From contig NW_027271725.1 of NCBI RefSeq assembly GCF_040938485.1, forward strand, positions 1,612,001-1,676,000: a DNA stretch of 64,000 bases, read 5' to 3'. Source of the DNA: Diadema antillarum. Taxonomy: Eukaryota. The stretch's first letter is position 1. Every line of letters begins with the position of its first letter. Under the pieces are notes generated by a model. The model was not told where the DNA came from, did not search any database, and saw only the letters and a program-made list of their open reading frames with translations. Below are positions 23,622 to 34,598 of this stretch, one piece after another. Position numbers and translations under genes: made by a program.

Positions 23622-23636
23622 CGGCAGAGGGCGCTA
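23622..23636 (+). promoter_or_regulatory. CTCF-like motif upstream of RSL24D1
   Basis: CGGCAGAGGGCGCTA matches the CTCF core C.GCAGAGGGCGCTA; ~180 bp upstream of the RSL24D1 ATG. Confidence 0.4.
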
Positions 23637-23653
23637 TTGCTGAGAGCAGCTAT

Positions 23654-23968
23654 NNNNNNNNNNNNNNNNNNNNNNNNNNNNNNNNNNNNNNNNNNNNNNN
23701 NNNNNNNNNNNNNNNNNNNNNNNNNNNNNNNNNNNNNNNNNNNNNNNNNNNNNNNNNNNNNNNNNNNNNNNNNNNNNNNNNNNNNNNNNNNNNNNNNNNN
23801 NNNNNNNNNNNNNNNNNNNNNNNNNNNNNNNNNNNNNNNNNNNNNNNNNNNNNNNNNNNNNNNNNNNNNNNNNNNNNNNNNNNNNNNNNNNNNNNNNNNN
23901 NNNNNNNNNNNNNNNNNNNNNNNNNNNNNNNNNNNNNNNNNNNNNNNNNNNNNNNNNNNNNNNNNNNN
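23654..23968. other. Assembly gap (315 N)
   Basis: Run of N. Confidence 1.
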
Positions 23969-23978
23969 TATCTACCTA

Positions 23979-24021
<43 letters not shown>

Positions 24022-24045
24022 CTGTCTGTCTATCTGTCTGTCTAT
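23969..24045. repeat. Compound (TC)n/(TCTA)n/(TCTG)n microsatellite abutting a gap
   Basis: Seen directly. Confidence 0.9.
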
Positions 24046-24067
24046 AATGATCTATATCTTTATCTAT

Positions 24068-24221
24068 CTGGGGTGTTTCATCAATTTAGTCAGCGCTGAC
24101 AATTTCCACAAAATCCTTGGTTTTGATTGGCTGAGATGCTCTGGTCACTGACTGTTACCATGGTGATTGTCAGAGACTGACAACTTGTCAGCGCTGACAA
24201 CTTTCATGAAACGGTCCCCTG
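24068..24221. mobile_element. PIF/Harbinger-like MITE
   Basis: CTG flanks; TIR-like GGGTGTTTCAT / ATGAAACGGTCCC; internal AAATCCTTG...GATTGGCTGA shared with 24374-24515 and 42418-42588. Confidence 0.6.
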
Positions 24222-24373
24222 TTTATCTACTACTAGTAATACTGTATCTATATCTATAACGATTGTATTCATATGCGCGTGTGTGTATGTACATTATTCA
24301 AATCTAATAAAGATACATGCAAAACCAAATTGTTTACAGGAGATAAAAAGACAATAAGTAAGCATGTACATAC

Positions 24374-24515
24374 CAGGGGACCGTTTCATTAAACTTTATG
24401 TCAGTGATTTACACTGACAACTGCTAAAAGCTACTGAAATCCTTGCGTCTGATTGGCTGATAGCAAATTTGTCGGTGAAAACCTCCGACGAACTCGTTGA
24501 TGAAACGCCCCCCTG
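24374..24515. mobile_element. PIF/Harbinger-like MITE
   Basis: CAGGGGACCGTTTCAT...ATGAAACGCCCCCCTG; internal CTGAAATCCTT...GATTGGCTGATAGCAAATTTGTC. Confidence 0.6.
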
Positions 24516-25062
24516 GTCTACACTTCAATGAAAACATCCCAAATAAGATAATCATGTCGGCTCAGTGAAAGCAAAAATATTAGTAAGAGATCGATTAAGT
24601 TTTTGGAAAATCAGGTGATCAGTTCAGAGGTTATGGATTTTTACTTTTATGGTTAAAAGCATTTTGTCCCGGATGAGAAGGCTACAAAATACAGGATTTA
24701 CTACGGAAGGGGAATGACAAAGAAAATCTTAAAGAGAATTTCAGATATTTTCAGCTTTCTAATTAAGAATCTCATGACTTATCTCCGTCAGAAGGCAGGG
24801 GAAATAATGATACACTAATTAAATGAAATAATGTTTGCAATAACTCGAGCGTAAGCATATCTTTCCTGAAAAATTAAATACAATTAAGAAGTTTTCCCAA
24901 TAACAATTGACGATATGAGATGTTTCCAGATTTCATAAATGCCCTTTCGGTCACTTTATTGGCAGTTAAAGTTTTACACCCGTAAAGGTAGAAGGGTGAA
25001 TTATTAAGAGTACATTGTAGACGTGTTATTCTCTGTTTGGAATAGGATGGCATAACCGATAA

Positions 25063-25354
25063 GGGTGCTGTTCGTTATTCCGAAGGTTCGCTATTCCGAA
25101 GGTTCGTTATTCCGAAGGGTCGCTAATCCGAAACACACAAATTCCCTATACCTAAAGGTTTGTTAATCCGAAAATGAAAAAGGGTTCGTTAATCCGAACA
25201 TTTGTGGCGTCATTCTGAAGGTTCGTTATTCCGAAGAATCGTTAATCCGAAAATGAAATTCGGAACAATGAACCTTCGGAATAACGGAATAACGAATCTT
25301 CGGACTAAAGAGCCTTCGGAATAACGAACCTTTGGAATAACGAGCTGTAACCCC
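25063..25354. mobile_element. Foldback-type non-autonomous DNA element with ~16-bp subterminal repeats
   Basis: About 9 direct copies of GGTTCGTTATTCCGAA-like units, then about 6 inverted copies (TTCGGAATAACGAACC); GGG/CCC termini. Superfamily not assignable. Confidence 0.7.
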
Positions 25355-25903
25355 TGATAATGAGTCAATGAAAATTAAGGTATGACATCCAAACGTCTGA
25401 TACTAGTAGTCACATTACGCAGAGCATATGATTAGTGCATTTGAATCGTGGCAGATGTAAGTGAAGATCAACACAACGACCGTGTGATATTTTGGGGATT
25501 TTATTTCTTCCCCTTTCTTTTTGTAATTCATGAGTCGTCTTAGTTTATGCATTGGTTCACTTATAGAATTGTTCATGGCATAAATCGTTCCCTTCGAACT
25601 GTGACATCCTCCCTCGCCTCTTTAGAGAATAATCTTATTATCATTTACATGATTATACAGAGGTTCAGGGGTGTTGGCAAATATCTGAAGGTGGCATTAT
25701 ATCCAAAAATTACTTCGCACTCGTCCAATAAGATGATGTGTTATAAAGTAATTGCAACTTAAATACACGGAAACAATCATTCTGAAAGATATGTTCTTAT
25801 TACTTCCTTTTTGTACATTGATTGGAAAAGATCGAGGCAACATAGCTGAACGTCACAGTCAATGACTGCCTAGTAGTGACAAAGTGATCGTTGAGACCAG
25901 AGC

Positions 25904-26028
25904 ACATTCAAGGGGGTAGCGATGCTGAGATGTTTTCTCTCACAGAAAGAAGTCTTTGTTTTACATTTCAAGGGGGTAGCGATGCTGAGAGGTTTTCTCT
26001 CACAGAAAGAAATCTTTGTTTGACATTT
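25904..26028. repeat. 60-bp tandem duplication
   Basis: CAAGGGGGTAGCGATGCTGAGA.GTTTTCTCTCACAGAAAGAA.TCTTTGTTT occurs twice with period 60. Confidence 0.9.
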
Positions 26029-27738
26029 CTATTCAAAATAGTTAATACATATCACTTATGACACTATAGTGTAAGATCACAACAACCAGAAGGACCAGAA
26101 CTTTAACTGATTGTATGCCAGGCAGTCTGTAGGTCTACAAAGAGTCGTGTGTGTGTATTATATTGATGGTGTACTTTGACATTTGGCAAGCTTAGACTTC
26201 AGCCTCTAATGCCGACACGAATAGTGGTACTCTATCATCCTGTATGAAATTTTGAGTCAAGCGCCCCCAACGGGGAACACTTGCCTGCCATGACCGCTTT
26301 CGCTTACACCGTGTTGAGAACAAACAACAAAATAGCCCATGCAGCGATGCAATGGCGGGCGAAATCGGACCACACAAACGAGACGAGGTGACGTATTAAC
26401 ATGACTCTACATTCTATGAGTGTGTCCATGCAAAGCTACACAAAGAAACGCATTCAACTTTTTACAGCCGTCAAGGCCATTGCTGCAGCTATGAAACCGG
26501 AACATGCACACTTTCCTTATCATGAAAAATCTACAAAGTTTAGAAAAAGGAGTGAGTGATATGAACAGACATCTATACAATTGTGAAACCAAAATAGTAT
26601 AAAATAATTTTACCTTGTCATAAAGTCTCCAAATTTAAAACAACTTGAGAATGTAAGTGACGTCTCGTGTACTTATGTATACTTTGGTGTATCTTTTTTC
26701 TCTTTTTTTTTATTTGCGAGATGCATAAATAGCGATGTATCAACAAGTACGTGGCGTTAAACCATGGAATGCAATAGCTCATTTTTTACTGTGCTCTGTA
26801 CAGGGGGAGTGTAACTGATCAAGCTCACAAAATTTTTGTAACTAATTAACCAAGAGCTGATGTATAGTCCATACGCATAAGTATAAACAATTTTGATAAT
26901 TTGCAATTATATTAAGAGAAATTCAAACTCATTGAAATGCTTTAGCTGTGTGTGTGTGTTTAATCTATTTTGTGTAGCAGTTTATCTTTTTGTGTGAAAA
27001 TTTGCCCACGTGTATATTTAATACAAGGAATTCATTCCTTTTTGTTTGCCCATAGCGCTGTCATTGTTCTTCTAAATACAATGTACTATACAATTCAAGC
27101 TGTTTAGTTGTATATCATGCTGTACTTTTCATTGTTTTTAATGTTAGTGTTGGACGTAAATGGTTTCGGTGTAACGTTACAATGCATTTGTATAAAAAAA
27201 AAAGAAATGAACTCAAGAAACTTTTATTCAAAATTACTTCCCGTTTTATATTCTTCTTTAATCATTGTTATGTAAAGAAAGAGATGATGTTCACCCTATT
27301 CATATCCCTATTGATGGTTTACAAGTCAGTGTTGGCTAGTTGATAGAACGTCCGCTTGTCTACACATTTCGAGATCAGTAGAAATTCAGCTATATAAAGC
27401 ACAGCATCTATAACTTTATGAAAAACAACTACCCTAATATCGTGATTTTCCATGTATTGTTCCTCGCGTTTCTAAAGTTTTCCATTGCTATACTTCAAGG
27501 TGTAGCTTACAGATGACATTTTGTTCAATATACACTGTGATGTTCTCCTATATAGGCGTAACGGGAACAACACTGAATGACGTATTACATTTACAAATAT
27601 TTACAAATATATCTCTCATATATATATGAGAGAAAGGATGAGACGATAGACGTAGCTTGAATCCTCACAGTTTGATTTTTTTTCCATGTATTGTATAATA
27701 TAGTATGCTGATTCACAAGAGTAGTAAAGAAAATTCTA

Positions 27739-27878
27739 NNNNNNNNNNNNNNNNNNNNNNNNNNNNNNNNNNNNNNNNNNNNNNNNNNNNNNNNNNNNNN
27801 NNNNNNNNNNNNNNNNNNNNNNNNNNNNNNNNNNNNNNNNNNNNNNNNNNNNNNNNNNNNNNNNNNNNNNNNNNNNNN
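27739..27878. other. Assembly gap (140 N)
   Basis: Run of N. Confidence 1.
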
Positions 27879-30800
27879 GTGTAAGCACACAAATAGACAA
27901 AACAAAAGACAAAAACAAAAAACAGATAATGAAACCGACAAAGAGAAGGGAGAGAGAGACAGAGAGATAACAAACGTGACATGAGAACAGATAGCTTATA
28001 CCGCTCATAATCGTCTCATATGTTTCCCCTCTCTCTCCCAGAGCGGCGCCCCTGAGTCTGTCATCCCAGTCTCATTCCCCTCATCTATCTCACCCACGTC
28101 AGTCATCCTGGGTTTCTCATGCCTTTATATACGGAGCATCTTTATACCTGGGCGACGGAAGCCTCACCTTGGCGCCCTCCACAAGGCTCTACTACCGTGC
28201 CAAATAACTCCCGGCGGCGTGACTAGGTACTGATGCCTTTGGCTAATAAATGAACGGATAGACTCAATCACCGATTATTCTACGGTGTGGGTGAATGCAT
28301 CTCCGTTTCGCTCTCCTTCTTTCTCTCTCTCCCTCTCTCTGTTTCATCACCTATCTATATACATAATGCAGCTTTACTCTCTTCCCCTCTCGCGCCATGT
28401 ACAACTCCCCGTCTCCCTTACCGACGAGAATTATGCCTTGCGTCTCTTTTGCTGGGAGCCACTTTTGCGCTCACGCAGTGACAATGAAATATTATGCATG
28501 ATAAGTGATGCTTTTTGGGCTCCTTGGCCTTGCTGTTTCAGACGTGGCAGATAAGCGCATAATGGCGTGTAATACATCACATTGGTCGCTCACAAGATGC
28601 ATCAGACACAGACGGTACCTGATGCATGGCGTCATATCCACCACTTGCGATCAAGGGCGACAAACTCACAGAAAATGGGATGTACTCAATAGAGGTGGTA
28701 CCCTACTTCTAGAAGGGTCATCATTATTAGTCACTTTCTCGTCAGCCAGTGCATTGCCCAACTGACTTTTTGTTTTCAACTGCTTCCGTTCCTTCACCAG
28801 AAAATGAAGGAGAAGAAATATGTTTTGAATTTCAAATTTTTGACTTTTGATGGAAGAAGCCATTTCTGTCACACTCCCTTGATTTATATTAGTTTTTTTT
28901 AACTGTTCATATCATTGAGCAATAAATTGATATCAATCATGTCAATCATACATCATACGATAGAGGTCAACCAGTGTCAAGTGGATTTGGCAGTTTGAAG
29001 TAAACGTCAATACTCTGTCCTTCTCTTTTTTTTCAGTCGATACCTCTTCACTGTGAGATGGAACTGTCAATGCTCTATTGAATCTTAAATGGGTAACTCT
29101 AATTAAATTCTCCAGCAGATGAGTGTGGGCCATCTGCAGGGATGTCGTTCATGCTGCTCACACCAAGTTAGTTCTTCAATCCGCGAATCCTACTACCACA
29201 GCAAACGACGTTATCTTCAGAAAACCAAACTATCATAAATACAATAACCAAACCCTAACGACTTAATGTACGGCTTGTTTAGGATATACACCTATGACAA
29301 TGATGTCCATTTACGGACTATAGCAAAGACAGTTTCATCTTTTAAAATTGATAGAATATCAAAGGCCTATCTCGAACCTCGATCGGCCAGTGTGTCAGTC
29401 GCATGAGTCCTCTGTTTGCAAGAGGTGATCAGTTTTCCGAGACAAAAATGGCCTGTCGTTGCCAGACATCAGGAAGATTGTTTGGCAGCGGAGTCAATTT
29501 TGTGAAACTTGACTCAAAAATGGTAGAAAGACCCTCATCATTTTCAAAACTGGCGTACATTTGCAATCAACCGTCAACAATCCACCGAAGATTTTGAGTT
29601 GATACCAGGAACCTTTGTGATTTGATGTAATAAAAATGATAAGTTGTGGAAGTGCTCAGAAGGCATAATCTGTCAACCAAAATTCGGTATCTGCCTTTCT
29701 AAATGGAGCGAGATGGCTACTGCAATCTGTTGAGCCGGTACATGTAAATACTTCGACATTACGACTGAACGCATCAAGGAAGATGGACTTTGTGAAACGC
29801 CTTAATTCATAGACATGTTTATAAGTGCCAAGACAGATGTCATTATATATTAAGCTTTGTTCATCAATGAGGTCGGCCAAATATTCTTTTAAGGGAGCAA
29901 AGAAGTGACAGCCAACATCACTGCTGACACTGACATCCTTCTGAAAGGACCATTCCTAAGATGACCCAACCATTCCCTAATCAGTAATCAAACTGATGAT
30001 CAAGGGGAGACAACGTTCCACAAGGAGAGCTTGTCCTGGCATATTCCTTTGCATCCTTTTCGCAGACAAAGTGTTATTTTATTCATCGTCTTTGGAGTGT
30101 TTCAGCCTTTTACGACACATTGAATAAAAAAAAACCAAACAGGTGCGTGTACTTCGAGAACCAGATAAAATGTATCTAACCAACTTGTATTAAGTGCGCA
30201 TGATTCTTAGTTGGACAATCAGGGGATATTTTGCTCGACCAGGCAGAAAGATGTCCGCCCTGAAGGAAGGGTCTTATGTAGGATTCAACTAGTTCAATAT
30301 CTACCTACGACAACGATTAGTCCGTAAATATCAACTCTCGAAGCTTTAGCCGTGTCAAGTATGATTGATATATCACAATTCCATGCGATACTTTACTGAA
30401 GCAGAAGCTTTGTGTGCGACTTTATTCAGCGTGTCTCTGTGCAACAAGGAGAACCAGATTAGGAACTATAAAACCAAAACTGATGTAGGTCTCTGGGTCT
30501 GCGCCTGACATCTGATATAATAACAGCAAACATTCTGACGAAGTATGCAAATTGTGAAGAATGGATTGGAAATAATGCAGCTTCAAGCTTCATGAAGTGA
30601 CAATGCTAACTATAAAGATGGGTAACTCCGTGTTGTTCACCTATACATACATAGTTTCTATCATAAAAGGAAGGTCAGTATACAGTCAGTGTTTGTCTTT
30701 GAAATCTATAGTACCTCTATACTAGAGGGAGAAATTCCCGCAGATATTTCGTTCAGCAGGTTCACGACTCTGCCACTGAGCCACTGATTGTACCTCTCAA

Positions 30801-31504
30801 TCTAAGAATGTTAGGCCAATGCAAGGAATAATAGATGCTCCACTTGAAATGAACTGTTGATGTAACAGCGGTTACGACGAAAACCCGCTAAAACTAATGG
30901 CGTCTGTCTGCTTCGTGGGATCGCGCGCCTTTAGATGTTGGAGGAGGTATAGTCAATAGAGGTGAGTGCCCCAGGCGATCAGTGAAGAAGATACACAAGC
31001 TCGATGACCATTCATCCTTTTTCACCCAAGCTCTTGAATTACTCTAAAGTGAATTTTCTTCTCGACGTAGATGTCCTGAGCTGCAGTACCTCGTCAAAGA
31101 AGATGAAAACTGTGTGAGAAAGGGAGAAGAGAAATACATCCGGAAAATACTTTCATCAAACCTCGTGAGAAACTATCCTTTCATGAGATCTGATTTACAA
31201 CGTTGCGTTGTCTTAACTGACTGTACAAACACTTGGAGGCATAGAAAAAAAAACTGCCACGCAGAAAGGCAGATACACCATTAGAGTTGAATACCTGCAC
31301 TGTTTTATAACTCTTATGGGAGACCAGGGAATGTTTATGGACCTGGAATATGGGATACTCATGTGCTCATGAATTTGCCAAGGACGGACAACATAGTTCA
31401 CAAGTCTGCTCTCGGTAATTGACGCTCAATAAATTGTCTGATAACACAACAGGATAATGACGAAATAAAACCTGATACACTACGCAAGCACTATTCATTA
31501 TTTT

Positions 31505-32120
31505 TTAAAGGGGAAATCCAGTCCAAATATAAGTTAGTCTGATAAGAAAGAGTGAAATATTACGAGTTCAACGTTAAAATTTTGATCGAAATCGAATGAA
31601 AAATAAGGAAGTTATGACATTTTGAAGTTTCACTAATTTTTGAGGAAACAGTTCTTGAACGGTCAGTATGAATATGCAAATGACAAAGTGAGCATGTCAT
31701 CCCCTCACAACTTGCCATATATTTTGTACATAAATTTGTGAAATTTCCATTTTTCCTTCGAATGCAATTATGCCCGAAGCTCAAATCCTGATAAATATCT
31801 AACTGATCACTATTCTGAAGTTATTCAACCACGATTAACATCATGTTTCAGACTTCAATGACAGAAACAATGAATTTTCGTCATGTTTTGTACACGATCA
31901 ATGGAAACTTGTGAGGTTATGACTTAGTCAGCTCACTCATTTTCATATTCATATCCACTGTACAAGAACTGTTATGCAGAAATTCGCAAAACTTCAAAAT
32001 TTCATAACTATAATTTCCTTATTTTTAGTCAGATTTCAGTATGATTTTTACCTTAGAACTCATAAGATTTTACTCTTTTTGATTAGACTAACTTATTCTT
32101 GGACTGGATTTCCCCTTTAA
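31505..32120. mobile_element. Kolobok-like non-autonomous DNA transposon (~610 bp)
   Basis: TTAA-AGGGGAAATCCAGTCCAA...TTGGACTGGATTTCCCCT-TTAA: TTAA TSD, purine-purine termini, perfect 18-bp TIR extended by a long imperfect inverted repeat. Confidence 0.8.
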
Positions 32121-32803
32121 AAAATATTGGCTTGTCTATACATTGAACCTCAAAACACGTGAGCAGCGGTGTCCCTATCAAGTCATCACTACCAATGGAA
32201 TGCTTTTAAGGTCAACTGCATGTTATTGATTGTATCTTCTCAAGGCACATCGGAACAATTTTTGTTGAGGGTACAAACATGCAAGCTCGCACGATGATAG
32301 CTATATAGGATTGTATCTTAAAGCGTATTTTGTTGGATATGATTTCCTAATAATCAGGGACGTCCCTGGTTGTTGTTTTTTTTTTTTCATTACAGCAACT
32401 CCTTGAACGAGATACCTCACTGTCACGTGACAACGGAACATTTTTCCACCATATACCCGTTCGAAGGAGCCAGCATATAAAAAGGGAAGAATCTACAGAA
32501 TTATTACATACAGTGATGTACCACACTGCGTCCTGGTAAGGCGCGAAATATCTACATTTATGAGACATGTGGTAAGATAATCATGTTCTTCATAATGATT
32601 ACCTACTGTTATCGTGTATTCAAATCACCTGCGGATGGCAATCCATGTCCATTTTTCCACTTGCAAGCAAATTGATTCTTTTGGTCAACGTGAATTAAAT
32701 TCAATCTTCTGAGCATTAGTCATAATTGCTTTCCCATAACATATTCAACGCAAACAAAACATAGTCGATGCAATCCTTCACATTTTAAACTTTGGTTTCC
32801 TGT

Positions 32804-33012
32804 GGGCACTGTGGCATAGTGGATAAGACTCCCGACTCCCGATCGGAGGACCCGAGTTCGAATTCCGCCCAGTGCTTACGTCCTTGGACAAGATGTTTTT
32901 ACCCACTGTGTCCCTCTCGACCCAGGTGTATAAATGGGTACCTGGCCACGCTAGGGTAATAATAATAGCAGGGCCCTCTGGTAGAGCAGTGGCAACACTG
33001 AAGAGGCTACCC
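32804..33012 (+). mobile_element. tRNA-derived SINE with a CORE/Deu-like central domain (interrupted by an assembly gap)
   Basis: tRNA-like head with A box TGGCATAGTGG and B box GAGTTCGAATT, followed by GTCCTTGGACAAG...CCCAGGTGTATAAATGGGTACC. This resembles the conserved central domains of metazoan SINE superfamilies. The 3' part is lost in the N gap. Confidence 0.75.
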
Positions 33013-33182
33013 NNNNNNNNNNNNNNNNNNNNNNNNNNNNNNNNNNNNNNNNNNNNNNNNNNNNNNNNNNNNNNNNNNNNNNNNNNNNNNNNNNNNNNNN
33101 NNNNNNNNNNNNNNNNNNNNNNNNNNNNNNNNNNNNNNNNNNNNNNNNNNNNNNNNNNNNNNNNNNNNNNNNNNNNNNNNNN
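33013..33182. other. Assembly gap (170 N)
   Basis: Run of N. Confidence 1.
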
Positions 33183-34377
33183 TGACAGCGCGCCAAGAGT
33201 CAAGACTGGATATATTACTAAAAAGAAAATACAAGGAATTAAAAACTGCTTCAAGAATGATCAAGATTACAAGTAGAGAGAATGCAGGGGTACAGAGTAA
33301 CCAAGGCAGTCAAAATTAATGTGATTGCAATCATTCAGAACATCATGATTACAGTATAATTTATTTAAAAGCAGTTTAAACTGCTTTTGTTTCTAGTGTT
33401 TTCTTTTGATTAAAAGAGACAGGGGAAAGTGAAAGTGAATTTTCAATTTTGCAGCATTATGAGATGTTCTAAAATGAATCATTACTTCACAAGTGAACAA
33501 CTCGGAAAACACACAAACTTATAGTGACTCATCCTCAGTTACAATCTCACTCGACCATACTTCTTAGGAGTGTCTTCGTGACAATGGAGTACATAATCTA
33601 AAACTATATCTATTGATTTATATCAAAGTCGCGATGAGTCAATAACTATGCGAGTAAGATATACGATTTCCACTTCGAAGCAAATAAGAATGTAGATAAG
33701 CGTCGCTGTAGCGGAAACAACGATGAATACAGAAAATACACGTGTAAAAGAATAACTGGTTTCATTCTATACCTCGGGGTACGTTTGCGGATCGCTATCA
33801 GGAGAAACAGAGCATTAATTTATTATGAGATGAGTGAAAAACTTTGCCTCCACTCTCGACAAACACAATAAACGCCTTGTGTTATCGCTGCACCAGAGCA
33901 TTCATGGAGAGCTAATGGTATAATGCCACAAAATCATTTTAGTTAACTTGTTCAGTTTCAGTTCAGTTCAGTAACATTTATTTTCAGCAAATATAGCTGT
34001 ACATAACGACAGAATGAAAATTAAAAGCGATCAATTTGGTCGTGCGGGGCGCATCTCTAGAAGTATATTAAAAAAAAAAACTTGTGACGAATGTGCCCTT
34101 AACATGAATTAGATTGATATGCGGTATCATAGTAAGTGGAAATACAAAACCGAGGTAACGACAAAAACAGAAGCAGAGAGCTATTTGTAATTGAATATTA
34201 ATGGCCGGGAAATACTGCAGTTATGTATCATCACTTATAGTCAATATAGGGAAAGAAAACAGAGAACATTAAAGAAAATTAATCTAGCATGGACGACAAT
34301 ATGGAGCCAACGGTTTTGAAGGCAATGCGACTATAGTCTTGTTAATTTGGCAATTAGTTATCATTTATGAAGAAAAA

Positions 34378-34598
34378 GCAGCAAAAAGCTCTGCTTTTAG
34401 CAGTCCCCTCCATTTCCGATCAGTTTTGATCAGTTGTTTTTCATAAAAGACACAACATTTAGTATTTCAGTAATTCACAGTGTTTTTCTTGATTACAATT
34501 TTTTATTGATTTTGTGTAATTGTGCATATTCGAGTGTCTATCTGCAATTGCATTTTTGTCGGTAATGAAATAAATGAAATGAAATGAAATGAAATGAA
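34378..34598 (+). mobile_element. CR1-like LINE 3' remnant with (GAAAT)n tail
   Basis: AAAAGCTCTGCTTTT stem near the start; ends GAAATAAA-(TGAAA)n. Inference from tail architecture only. Confidence 0.4.

Noticed and set aside
31090-31112. Strong minus-strand acceptor followed by FIFFDE (Walker B-like)
   Set aside because: All frames stop within ~25 codons and no partner ATPase exons were found; most likely chance.
32804-32877. tRNA-Gly(CCC)-like gene
   Set aside because: The T- and D-stems pair poorly and it runs directly into a SINE body with no poly-T terminator; it is a SINE head.
23471-33276. Long ORFs at 23471, 23526, 27591-28008 and 32778-33276
   Set aside because: Their length comes from N gaps translated as X.
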